From an uncultured Actinomycetes bacterium (lineage in GTDB: Bacteria > Actinomycetota > Actinomycetes > S36-B12 > UBA10799), in the NCBI GenBank assembly GCA_964556255.1, contig CAZKVQ010000009.1:582-64581 (forward strand): a stretch of DNA of 64,000 nucleotides, in the 5' to 3' direction. Shown here one piece after another: positions 50,015 to 58,969 of the stretch. Within the stretch, counting starts at the first letter, position 1. Each line of letters starts with the position of its first letter. Under the pieces are notes generated by a model. That model was not told where the DNA came from. It did not search any database and was given only the letters and a program-made list of their open reading frames with translations. Position numbers and translations under genes: made by a program.

Positions 50015-51415
50015 GTGAATCGTCGACTTCGACGCAGGGGAGTGGCGACCGTTCTCGGGTCGGTTGCCATGTCGGGTCTCGCCCTGACCTTGATGCAACC
50101 CGCAGGGGCAGTGCCGCTGCGCAGTCTGCCCACTGACAACCTCGACGGCCAAGTGGCGGCCGCCGGCGACGATCTCAACGAGATCGACGCCCAAGCCAGT
50201 GCTGCCCGCGACAAACTCAGCGCCGCCGAGGGATCGCTGCCGGGCGCCCAGGCGGAACTGGCGTCGGCCCAGAGCGCGCTCGAACGTGCCCAGGCAGCCG
50301 AAGACGCCGCGGCCGCGGCGCTCAAGGAGGCGGAGGCCAAGGTCACCGCCACCAAGACCCGCATCGATGCACTGCGCGGGAAGATCGAGAAGCTCAAAGT
50401 TGCCCTCGCATCGTTCGCCCGTCAGGTCTACACAAGTGGCGGTGACGCCGGCGAACTCGACATCCTGCTGAAGTCCGAGAATCTCGGAGATCTCACAACG
50501 GCACTCGAGTCGGTCAACACCGTGTCCCGAGGCAAGAACGATGCGGTGACGGAGTTCGTGGACGCCAAGACCAAGCTCGACACGGAATTGGTCACCTTGA
50601 AGGATGCCGAGGCGGCAGCCCAGACGAAGCGGGACGAGGCGCAGGCAGCCGTGTCTGAGGCCGAGGCGTCCGCTGCGCGGGCGAGTGAGGCCAAGAAGAA
50701 GGTCGAAGAACTGGTGTCGGCGCGCAGTGCCGCGGTCACCGATCTGGAGGCACGGCGCGGCGTCGTGCAGAAGAAGTTCGACGAACTCAAGGCTGCCCAG
50801 GAGGCGCAGCAGGCGAAGCTGGCGGCTGCGGAAGCGGCTCGCCTGGAGAAGCTGGCGGCGGCAGAACGCACCCGCAGCGGACAGTCGACTGCAAGCGACG
50901 CCGGCAACTCACAGGGCGACTCGAGCGCTCCGGCCGCAGATCCCCCTGCGCAGCCGAACACCGACGCCGGTAGCGGCGGCGGGGGCGGTGCGACCACCAG
51001 CGGCGGCTGGACCTGGCCGACCGACGGCAGTGTGGTGGGCAATGTGGGCCCGCGCATCAACCCCTATACCGGGAACGCCGGGTGCCACACCGGTGTCGAC
51101 ATCGGAGCCGGGATGGGCACTCCGATCGTGGCCGCTCGGGCGGGAACCGTCATCGCGGTTGAGCCTGAGGACGGCGGACCGTACGGCAACCACATCACCA
51201 TCGACCACGGCGACGGGCTGTCCACCATGTACGCTCATATGTCGAGTTTCGCGGCCAGTGATGGCCAGGCAGTGACAGCCGGCCAGGTTATCGGTTACGT
51301 CGGTTCCACCGGCTGGAGCACTGGGCCGCATCTGCACTTCGAGATCCACGTCGGCGGCGTACCGTACGACCCGATGGGTTGGTTTGGTGGCGGCTCACAG
51401 TCGCCCGCCTGCTGA
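50015..51415 (+). CDS. secreted coiled-coil M23 family metallopeptidase (putative FtsEX-associated peptidoglycan hydrolase)
   Basis: GTG 50015 follows GAAGGAGG. There is a signal peptide, then about 270 aa of Ala/Glu/Lys-rich coiled coil. The C-terminal M23 domain has intact HTGVD (HxxxD) and GPHLHFEIH (HxH) motifs. Confidence 0.85.
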   Translation: MNRRLRRRGVATVLGSVAMSGLALTLMQPAGAVPLRSLPTDNLDGQVAAAGDDLNEIDAQASAARDKLSAAEGSLPGAQAELASAQSALERAQAAEDAAAAALKEAEAKVTATKTRIDALRGKIEKLKVALASFARQVYTSGGDAGELDILLKSENLGDLTTALESVNTVSRGKNDAVTEFVDAKTKLDTELVTLKDAEAAAQTKRDEAQAAVSEAEASAARASEAKKKVEELVSARSAAVTDLEARRGVVQKKFDELKAAQEAQQAKLAAAEAARLEKLAAAERTRSGQSTASDAGNSQGDSSAPAADPPAQPNTDAGSGGGGGATTSGGWTWPTDGSVVGNVGPRINPYTGNAGCHTGVDIGAGMGTPIVAARAGTVIAVEPEDGGPYGNHITIDHGDGLSTMYAHMSSFAASDGQAVTAGQVIGYVGSTGWSTGPHLHFEIHVGGVPYDPMGWFGGGSQSPAC

Positions 51416-51432
51416 GCGATAAGGGGTGTGCG

Positions 51433-52587
51433 ATGTCGGTCAAGGTCGCGATCGCGGGGGCTGGCGTCGGAGGACTGAGTCTGGCCATTGCCCTCAGACG
51501 CATCGGTGTCGAGGCGCGCGTGTTCGAGCAGTCGCCGGTCATCGGTGATGTCGGTGCCGGCATTGGACTGTGGCCGGGGGCCTTGCACAGCCTGGAACGC
51601 ATCGGTATTGCCGAATGGTTCTGGGATCTGCCGGTCTGCCCCTTCGAGAGGGCGGAGACCTGTGCGCCGGATGGACGACTACTGGTGGGCTTCGACGTCA
51701 CCGGTGTCACCGGTGGTTGGGGATACGTAGTCAGGCGCACCGATCTTCACCGGGCGTTGATGGAGTCATTGGAACCGGATCAGGTCACGCTGGGTAGAGA
51801 AGTCGTGGGCGTGCGCCAGACCTCCCAACAGGCGTTCCTGCAGTTCGCCGATGGCGCGGAGGAGGCCGCGGATGTGGTGGTTGGCGCCGACGGGCTGCAT
51901 TCAACCGTGCGCAGCGAACTCTTCGGCGATACCCCGCCCCGCTACAGCGGGGAGACCTGCTATCGCGGCATGGCTAAGCTGGCCGTGCCCGACAGCGGGG
52001 TGTTGCGCGAGGTTCAGGGCAACGGTGCCCGAGCAGCCGTCCATCCGCTCGACCCCGAACACGTCTACTGGTGGGCCACCCGACGTGCTCCGGCCGGCGA
52101 GGTGGAATCTCCGGAGCAACGAAAAGCCAATGTCGCGCGGACTCATTCAGGTTGGAAGTTCGGACTCCCCGAGGCCCTCCAACGCACGCCTGCAGACGCC
52201 ATCCTGAAGAACGACCTCTACGACCGACCACCCCTGCGGCGCTGGTCCGTCGGCAGGATTGCCCTGCTCGGAGATGCCGCGCATCCGACCACCCCCAACT
52301 TGGGACTTGGCGGCTGTATGGCCATCGAGGACGCAGTCGTGCTCGCACGGTCGATGGCCGACCACCCTGGCGATCACGCCGTTGCCCTGGCCGAGTTCCA
52401 CCGGGGGAGGGCCCGCCGCACAGCCCGCGTCGTACGGATGTCCGCAATGTTCGGCCGGTTGGGTTCGTTGCGGAATCCGTCAGCGATCCGCCTGCGGGAA
52501 GCATCCTTGCGGTTTGCTCCGACCGCTTTGTCGAAGCGCTCCTTCTCCGGGGTGGTGGGATTTGATCCGGGGCCGCTGCACACCTGA
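51433..52587 (+). CDS. FAD-dependent monooxygenase (aromatic-ring hydroxylase-like)
   Basis: VAIAGAGVGGLSLAIAL (GxGxxG), GADGLHSTVR (DG motif) and LGDAAHPTTPNLGLGG (GD motif). Confidence 0.85.
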   Translation: MSVKVAIAGAGVGGLSLAIALRRIGVEARVFEQSPVIGDVGAGIGLWPGALHSLERIGIAEWFWDLPVCPFERAETCAPDGRLLVGFDVTGVTGGWGYVVRRTDLHRALMESLEPDQVTLGREVVGVRQTSQQAFLQFADGAEEAADVVVGADGLHSTVRSELFGDTPPRYSGETCYRGMAKLAVPDSGVLREVQGNGARAAVHPLDPEHVYWWATRRAPAGEVESPEQRKANVARTHSGWKFGLPEALQRTPADAILKNDLYDRPPLRRWSVGRIALLGDAAHPTTPNLGLGGCMAIEDAVVLARSMADHPGDHAVALAEFHRGRARRTARVVRMSAMFGRLGSLRNPSAIRLREASLRFAPTALSKRSFSGVVGFDPGPLHT

Positions 52588-52728
52588 GCCAGTCGGTGGG
52601 GCCCGCCCGTCGAACTCGTCGGAGGCATCGACGGATCCCCGCGAGGCGCTGCACAGATCCGCCGTTTTCGCCTCGTAGGCTCTGGTGCCAAGCGAAAAGT
52701 TCCGAGGAAAGCACGGGGAGAACGGTTC

Positions 52729-53784
52729 ATGGGTCAGACGTCACCGCGGTCACGGCGCCTCCGCCACGTCGCGCTACTCACCGGCGGCGCGCTGTTGACC
52801 GCTGGCTGCGCACTGGTCGCGGCGGATGCGCAGGCACCGAGCGACCCCGGGTCCCCGGGAGCCACCGTTCAGGGTTCCGACGGAACGCCGACCATCACCA
52901 CCAACCTGGCGCCGCCCTCGGTGCCCAACGTCGACTGGAAACCTGTGGGTACGCAGGTGGGCGGCAAGTCAGCGGCCTTCCTCGGGGAAGCCGACGACGG
53001 GCAGGTGGCGTTGCAGTGGCTGAACCCCGATCTGTTGAAGTTCCGCTTCGTACCCGGGTATGACTCCCCAGGTGAGGGGCCCAGAACCACAGAGGACAAA
53101 GACTCCGCCACCTGGGTTCCCGACATGATCGCCGCCTTCAACGGCGGGTTCCTGCTCAAGGATGGCGCGGGCGGCTACTACTACAACGGCGAGACAGTGC
53201 GGGACTTGGAGGATGGTTACGGCTCGGTCAAGGTCGCCAAGGATGGCCACCTGACGGTGGGTAGCTACGGCCGAGATATCAAGGTCGATGCCGACACGGC
53301 CGCGATCAGGCAGAACCTGAAACCGCTGATCGACAACGGCACCTCGCAGGCCTCAGAGGACGATTCCCCCAGGCGCTGGGGGATCGCGGACGGAAATGCG
53401 AGTCATGCCAAACGCTCGGCCGTGGGGCAACTTGCGGATGGCGCCATCGTGTTTGCCTACGGCAACAACGTGACCGCGGCGAAGTTGGCAGACGCCATGG
53501 TGGCCGCGGGCGTCAAGCAGGCGGTGGCCCTGGACATGAACCTGACCTGGCCCACCGGCTACTACTACACCAGGGAGGATGGCCAGGTCGTCGGACACCG
53601 CATCCATCCGGAGATCATGCGGGAGCCGAGCACGTACTTGGACTCGTTCAAGAAGGACTTCTTCGTCGCCGATTCGAAGCTGCCGTTGCCCAACTCCGGT
53701 GCCACCGCCAGCTCAACGACGGGGGCCTCGGATGCCAGCAGTTCAGCGGGTGCGTCGAGCCCATCGGGCTCGTCCAGCCCCTGA
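52729..53784 (+). CDS. phosphodiester glycosidase family lipoprotein (DUF2233/NAGPA-like)
   Basis: Lipobox LLTAGC. FNGGF...YYYNGE...[16 protein letters not shown]...AVALDMN matches phosphodiester glycosidase domain features. Ser-rich C-terminal tail. Confidence 0.7.
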   Translation: MGQTSPRSRRLRHVALLTGGALLTAGCALVAADAQAPSDPGSPGATVQGSDGTPTITTNLAPPSVPNVDWKPVGTQVGGKSAAFLGEADDGQVALQWLNPDLLKFRFVPGYDSPGEGPRTTEDKDSATWVPDMIAAFNGGFLLKDGAGGYYYNGETVRDLEDGYGSVKVAKDGHLTVGSYGRDIKVDADTAAIRQNLKPLIDNGTSQASEDDSPRRWGIADGNASHAKRSAVGQLADGAIVFAYGNNVTAAKLADAMVAAGVKQAVALDMNLTWPTGYYYTREDGQVVGHRIHPEIMREPSTYLDSFKKDFFVADSKLPLPNSGATASSTTGASDASSSAGASSPSGSSSP

Positions 53785-53825
53785 GGTTCGGCACCCTCGG
53801 AGCTGACCGCGTATCCTCAGGGCCT

Positions 53826-54302
53826 ATGCCCAGGGAACGAGGACGAAAGCTCATCGCGCAGAACCGCAAAGCGCGCCATGACTACGAGATCCTCGACACC
53901 TACGAGGCCGGAATCGTGTTGGTGGGGACGGAGGTCAAGTCCCTCCGGGCCGGCCGGGCCACGCTTGCCGACGGCTACGCGACGGTGGACGACGGGGAGG
54001 TGTGGCTCCGAGGGGTGCACATCCCCGAATACGACCCGGGAACCTGGACCAACCACGAGCCTCGTCGCACCCGCAAGTTGCTGCTGCACAAGGCCGAGAT
54101 CGCCAAGCTGATCGGCAAGACTCGGGAGGGCGGGCTAACACTCGTTCCGCTGTCGCTCTACTTCAAGGACGGCAAGGCGAAAGTCGAACTCGCGTTGGGC
54201 CGCGGCCGTCGCTCCTACGACAAGCGTCAGGCGATCGCGGAACGGGAGTCCAAACGCGAAGCCGACCGGGCGTTGGGCCGCGGCCGGAAAGGTATGGACT
54301 GA
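53826..54302 (+). CDS. smpB: SsrA-binding protein SmpB
   Basis: [32 protein letters not shown]...[12 protein letters not shown]...[30 protein letters not shown]. Confidence 0.93.
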   Translation: MPRERGRKLIAQNRKARHDYEILDTYEAGIVLVGTEVKSLRAGRATLADGYATVDDGEVWLRGVHIPEYDPGTWTNHEPRRTRKLLLHKAEIAKLIGKTREGGLTLVPLSLYFKDGKAKVELALGRGRRSYDKRQAIAERESKREADRALGRGRKGMD

Positions 54303-54334
54303 CTTCGACTCCTCGGGCCGGGCATGATGACCCC

Positions 54335-55861
54335 ATGACATCTGTACGCGAGGCCGTCTTCGATCTGCTCCAACGCCATGGGATGACGACCGTATTCGGT
54401 AACCCGGGCTCAACTGAGATGCCCTTCCTGAACGAGATGCCTGACGGCTTCCGCTACATCCTGGGGTTGCAGGAGGGCGCAGTCGTGGCGATGGCTGACG
54501 GCTATGCCCAAGCGACCGCGGGGCCGACCCTGGTGAATCTGCATTCGGGTCCGGGCGTGGGAAACGCGATGGGCAGCATCATCAACGCTCGCGCCAACAG
54601 GTCGCCACTGGTGATCACTGCCGGTACGCAGGTGAGACCCATGCAGGCCATGGAGGCTTGGTTGACCAATGTTCGGGCAACCGAACTGCCCCAGCCAGCG
54701 GTGAAGTGGAGCGGGGTAGCCGCGCGGGCAGCCGACACTCCCGCCGTGCTCGCCCGGGCCATCCACGAGGCATCGTTGCCGCCCACGGGCCCGGTGTTCG
54801 TGTCGCAGCCGATGGACGACTGGGCGGCCGATGTGACGCCGGCCGAGAGCAAGTACCTGAACACTCGGAAAGTCGTCAGCGCCAGTGGCTTCGATCAGGC
54901 GACGGCCGCAGCGGTTGCGGCGCGGATCGATGACGCGTCAGCGCCATTGCTGGTGCTCGGTTCACCGCTCGACAGCGAAGCAGGCTGGCGTGATTCGGTG
55001 GCGCTGGCGGAGAAGGCGGGGATGGCGGTGATGTTGGCGCCGGTGGAGGGCCGGTGGAGTTTCCCCGGCTGGCACCCCAACTTCCGGGGCACGTTGTTGC
55101 CGGCGATCGCGGCGGCCGCGGCACAACTCGCAGCGCATGATCTGGTCGTGGTCGTCGGTGCCCCAGTCTTGAAGTACTACCCCTACATGCCCGGCGAGTT
55201 GCTGCCCGAGGGGACGGAGTTGGTGCAGATCACCGACGACCAGGGCGAAGCCTCTCGGGCACCGATGGGTGACGCCTACATCGGCGACCCCACGGCCGCG
55301 GTGGCCGGCCTGCTCGCTGCCGTCTCAGCACGTCCGTCACGAGTCCCGGGCCCCCCGCAGGTGCCCGCGGTCGCTCCAAGCTCGTCACCGCTGTCGCCTG
55401 CCGACGCCTACTCGACGATCGCCGCCGTGATGCCGGACGACGTGGCTGTCGTGTCGGAATCGCCGTCGAATCTCATGGTCATGCTGAACCATTGGCGGCC
55501 CTCGCATCCGCGCAGCTTCTTCTTCTCCGGCAGTGGTGGCCTCGGCTTCGGCACATCCGCCACGGTAGGTGTCCAGCTGGGCCTACCCAACCGGCCGGTC
55601 GTCGGCATTCTCGGAGACGGCGCATTTCAGTATTCGGTTCAGGGCTTGTACACGGCCGCGCTGTACAACATCCCGGCCACATTCCTAGTTCTGCGCAACA
55701 GTCAGTACGCCATCCTCAAGTGGTTCGGTGAGGTGGAGGGTGCCCCGGGTCGAACGGTTTCGGATTCGGCAGCCTTGGCTGATGCCCTGCCCGAGGCGCT
55801 CGGCGCCGAGGGCCCGCGGCTCATTCAGGTGGATATCGACGGGTCACGGGAGGTCATGTAG
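54335..55861 (+). CDS. thiamine-pyrophosphate-dependent decarboxylase (benzoylformate decarboxylase-like)
   Basis: From ATG 54335: VFGNPGSTEMPF, TPP-binding GDGAFQY...N motif region (GILGDGAFQYSVQGL...LVLRNSQY). The upstream part of the 54002 track ORF overlaps smpB in another frame. Confidence 0.85.
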   Translation: MTSVREAVFDLLQRHGMTTVFGNPGSTEMPFLNEMPDGFRYILGLQEGAVVAMADGYAQATAGPTLVNLHSGPGVGNAMGSIINARANRSPLVITAGTQVRPMQAMEAWLTNVRATELPQPAVKWSGVAARAADTPAVLARAIHEASLPPTGPVFVSQPMDDWAADVTPAESKYLNTRKVVSASGFDQATAAAVAARIDDASAPLLVLGSPLDSEAGWRDSVALAEKAGMAVMLAPVEGRWSFPGWHPNFRGTLLPAIAAAAAQLAAHDLVVVVGAPVLKYYPYMPGELLPEGTELVQITDDQGEASRAPMGDAYIGDPTAAVAGLLAAVSARPSRVPGPPQVPAVAPSSSPLSPADAYSTIAAVMPDDVAVVSESPSNLMVMLNHWRPSHPRSFFFSGSGGLGFGTSATVGVQLGLPNRPVVGILGDGAFQYSVQGLYTAALYNIPATFLVLRNSQYAILKWFGEVEGAPGRTVSDSAALADALPEALGAEGPRLIQVDIDGSREVM

Positions 55862-55893
55862 GCCGTCCCACGGGGTCGGCAGCCCGGGGGCGT

Positions 55894-56244
55894 GTGCGGA
55901 GCCTCGGCCCTGAAGGTAGATTCGGCGTCATGCGTTCGTTGGGCTCCGCAATCGCTGCGGCCTCGTTGATCGGCGGATTCGGCATCGCCCAAGTCACGGA
56001 CAACCGGACCGCCGGTGGCGTGGTACTTCTGGTGGGTGGGGCGTTTGCCGCCTGGCAGTGGTGGCGAGTTGCGGGACCTGTACCGGCAGTGGCCAACGCG
56101 GTGATCTTCGTCGGTGCTTTCGCGCTCTCGCATCCGCTGGCCAAGCAGATCGGCGCCTGGCCTTCGGTGTTCACTGTGACCGCGGTGACAGCCGTTGCGA
56201 CGTACGCGATTGCAAGTCCGAGCAGGCGCGCCATCGTAGCCTGA
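55894..56244 (+). CDS. small hydrophobic membrane protein (hypothetical)
   Basis: 116-aa ORF with 3-4 predicted TM helices. No recognisable motif. Coding status is inferred only from ORF length and hydrophobic periodicity. Confidence 0.5.
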   Translation: MRSLGPEGRFGVMRSLGSAIAAASLIGGFGIAQVTDNRTAGGVVLLVGGAFAAWQWWRVAGPVPAVANAVIFVGAFALSHPLAKQIGAWPSVFTVTAVTAVATYAIASPSRRAIVA

Positions 56245-56356
56245 CCGCGGTCGCCGGCGTTCAAACTTCAGCAGGGCCGGGCCTTCGGGGTGCGCGCATG
56301 TGCTGACGGGAATGAGCCGTCTGTGGTGCGGGTTACAATGGGCGTACAACTCAACA

Positions 56357-56733
56357 GGGGGTGACAGGTTTCGACACCGGTTGCCGTAAAGAGAGAAGCG
56401 AGCCGAGGACCCACGGTTATCTCGCAAACGATCCGTGGAAAACAACAAGTGCCGATACAAAGCGCACTGACTTCGCTCTCGCTGCCTAAGCAGCTGAGCA
56501 TTTAAGAAGTCCGTCAGACCGGGGATGTCTCCGACCCGGACCCTGGCGTCGACTAGGAGACTCGCCGAAGTCCCCCGCTCACGGGGGGACAAGGGACATC
56601 AATCAGTGAGGTAGGCCGCGTTCCCCGTTGTGCCACACGAATCGGGGAGGCCGAATCGCATCAACGTGGCTGCGCTCGGAGAAGTCTCGGAACAGTGCCG
56701 ATGGACGCGGGTTCGATTCCCGCCACCTCCACC
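56357..56733 (+). ncRNA. ssrA: tmRNA (transfer-messenger RNA, SsrA)
   Basis: The 5' GGGGGTG pairs with the 3' CACCTCC (including G3:U), followed by ACC. T-arm GGGTTCGATTCCC. The internal tag ORF GCC GAT ACA AAG CGC ACT GAC TTC GCT CTC GCT GCC TAA (56451-56489) encodes ADTKRTDFALAA, with the actinobacterial ...ALAA ending. A TACAAT box lies at 56334-56339 upstream. Confidence 0.9.
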
Positions 56734-58303
56734 CGACCGGACGGTATACGCACACCGGTCCGTTTGAGGAGCCAGCCCCCGCGGGGGCTGGCTCCTTTGT
56801 CGTGTCTGGGGTGGGGCGGGTAACTAACAGTGTTACGGCGACCTCGGGTGTCGGGATGCGCAGTATCGGCGTTGCGTCATGGCCGTCTATGTCAATACGT
56901 TCGATGAGAAGTTCCAGCAGCTGGGAGCGCAGTCTCGTGTTGCCGTTGCGCAGGGCGTCAGCGAATTTTGCTGCGAGCCCCTCAAAGTCCGTAGCGCGAG
57001 GACAGGCTGGTTCTTCTTGGAGTTCGTATTCAAGTTCGGTGATGCGAAGCTTGACGGCGGCCTCTTGGGCGAGCAGTTCGTCGTGGCGGGCTGTGAACAG
57101 CCGTGCCGGCAGGTCACCGCTTTCGTAGTCGGTGATGTAGCGCGCCATTTTCGCACTTAGTGATGCTGCCCGATGCCGCGCGGCTTTCAACTCGCTTGCA
57201 TGCTGGGCGCGTTCGGCGGCGCCGTGGTCGTGCTGGGTGGCGAACGCTTCGGCGAGCAAGTTGGTATCGGCCAGCGTGTTGAGGATGATGTCGATGATTT
57301 GCGTTTCGAGCGCGTCGGCGCGTACCCGGGTGCCGGGGCAGGACCGTTTGCGGGTCTTCAGTGACGATACGCACGAGTAGTAGCGGTAGCGCCCGGCTTT
57401 GGAGTGTGAGCTTGTGCCGGCGATGGCTCCTCCGCAGCTGCAGTAAAGGACCCCGGATAGTAGGTAGTCCGACGATGCACGGCGGGCGGCATCTGACCGG
57501 GTGCGTTTGGCGCGCAGGGCGGCCGCGGTCGCGAACATGGCCTCGTCGATGAACGCGCTGTGGGCCCCGGGCAGCCAGGCGCCTTTGTAGCGGATTTCAC
57601 CGATGTAGGTGCGGTTGCCGAGAATGTCGGCAAGTCTGGTGGAGGCCCAAAGTCCGCCGCGTGATGTTCGCAACCCGTCAGCGTTCAGTTCGTTAGCAAG
57701 TGCGACTAGTCCGACCTCGCCGGTGGTGTAGCGGGTGAAGATGCGTTCGACGATGGGAAAAGTATCAGCGTCGGTTTCCAGAATCCCAGTGACTTGGTTA
57801 CGCCTCAGCCCGTAGCACGGTACACCGCCGACTTGCAGCCCCCGGCTGGCCTTTGTGGCATTGCCGCGGTTGATGCGTTCGAGGATGCTGCGACGTTCGA
57901 ACTCCGCGAAGATGCTTAGCATCTGCATGAGCATCATTCCGCTGGCGCCTGTCGTGTCAAAAGACTCCGTCGCGGAACGAAACTGCACCCCCACTGCTTG
58001 AAGTCTGCGCACCGTGTCCATCACGTCGGACAGCGACCGTGACCAGCGGTCGAGGCGGTAGACGAGCACGAGGTCGAAGCGCCCAGCTTCCGCGTGCTTC
58101 ATGAGCCGCTGAAATTGGGCCCGGTTCGTGTTCTTGCCGGAGACGCGTTCGACGTAGTCGGCTGCGGCGACCATGCCCGGCTGGGATTCGATGAACCGTT
58201 GGAGAGACGCCAGCTGGGCGTCAAGGGAGTATGGCTGGTTCTCTTCGCCGGTGGAAGCCCGGCGGTAGGTGGCAACACGGACGACTGTGCTGTCGGTGCT
58301 CAT
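56603..58303 (-). CDS. large serine recombinase (integrase) of the ssrA-adjacent island
   Basis: N-terminal resolvase domain VATYRRASTGEENQPYSLDAQ (catalytic Ser) and LVLVYRLDRWSRS. Recombinase domain. Zn-ribbon CSCGG...YYSCVSS...RSCPG, followed by a coiled coil. The last ~65 codons are antisense to the ssrA terminator and the tmRNA 3' end, so the native C-terminus is probably near 56.8 kb. Confidence 0.9.
   Translation of the reverse strand: MSTDSTVVRVATYRRASTGEENQPYSLDAQLASLQRFIESQPGMVAAADYVERVSGKNTNRAQFQRLMKHAEAGRFDLVLVYRLDRWSRSLSDVMDTVRRLQAVGVQFRSATESFDTTGASGMMLMQMLSIFAEFERRSILERINRGNATKASRGLQVGGVPCYGLRRNQVTGILETDADTFPIVERIFTRYTTGEVGLVALANELNADGLRTSRGGLWASTRLADILGNRTYIGEIRYKGAWLPGAHSAFIDEAMFATAAALRAKRTRSDAARRASSDYLLSGVLYCSCGGAIAGTSSHSKAGRYRYYSCVSSLKTRKRSCPGTRVRADALETQIIDIILNTLADTNLLAEAFATQHDHGAAERAQHASELKAARHRAASLSAKMARYITDYESGDLPARLFTARHDELLAQEAAVKLRITELEYELQEEPACPRATDFEGLAAKFADALRNGNTRLRSQLLELLIERIDIDGHDATPILRIPTPEVAVTLLVTRPTPDTTKEPAPAGAGSSNGPVCVYRPVGWRWRESNPRPSALFRDFSERSHVDAIRPPRFVWHNGERGLPH
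56768..56800 (+). terminator. rho-independent terminator of ssrA
   Basis: Perfect 28-nt palindrome GGAGCCAGCCCCCG/CGGGGGCTGGCTCC (56768-56795), followed by TTTGT. Confidence 0.7.
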
Positions 58304-58969
58304 GTGAGGTGGTGCTCCTCGATGGTGGCGGACGGAGGGCTCGGATGGGTCCGTTGTCCGCTAATTTGCAACCTCCGCAAGCCCTGATGTGTTCCATTGA
58401 GTCGAGCAGCAGCGCGATGCTGCGTACTGCTTCCTGATAGGTTTCCTGGCCCATCGGCACTTTGGTCGCTGTATGGACGTGGATTTCGTTGGTTTGCCGG
58501 CGTCGCGCCGGAGGTCTTGCTTTGGATGGTCTCGTCGTGGATCCCATATCCGTCACAGTGCATGTGGCATCCGATTTTGTCAGTCGCCGATGTCGGTTTA
58601 CCTCGTCTCTACGCCCAGTGGCACATGCGCAAACCCGCGATCGGAGTCTCTTGCACATCGCATCAGCGCAATCCGGAGACCTTGGCCAACGTCGGGCGCA
58701 GGCTGCGGACCTGGATGTCGGGCCCCATCTGCCGAAGACAATTCGCCGGCGCCCCTGCGCCGCGACGGGTGTCGGGGGTTACTGGCAGGGTTACTACTTG
58801 ACGGTCGGTTTCGTGGGAGGACCGTTGCGACAGTGAAACCCCGGTCGAGTCTCAGCCGCGTTGTCGTGTCCCGACTAGGGTCGAACTTCGAGGTGGCTCG
58901 AGGGTCGGTGGTGCGGATTGTCGTTTGGTGGTCAAGACGGTGGAGCGAGTCCAGAGTGGGAGGGGTGAG

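Noticed and set aside
56268-56501. 77-aa minus-strand ORF and other small ORFs overlapping the tmRNA gene
   Set aside because: The region is explained by the tmRNA (acceptor stem, tag ORF, T-arm). The ORFs are incidental.
58300-58563. 87-codon minus-strand ORF ending in an ATGA overlap with the recombinase start (possible Xis/RDF)
   Set aside because: The translation (…SKTSGATPANQRNPRPYSDQSADGPGNLSGSSTQHRAAARL…) is low-complexity with no HTH-like segment. It is kept only as a note inside the spacer finding.
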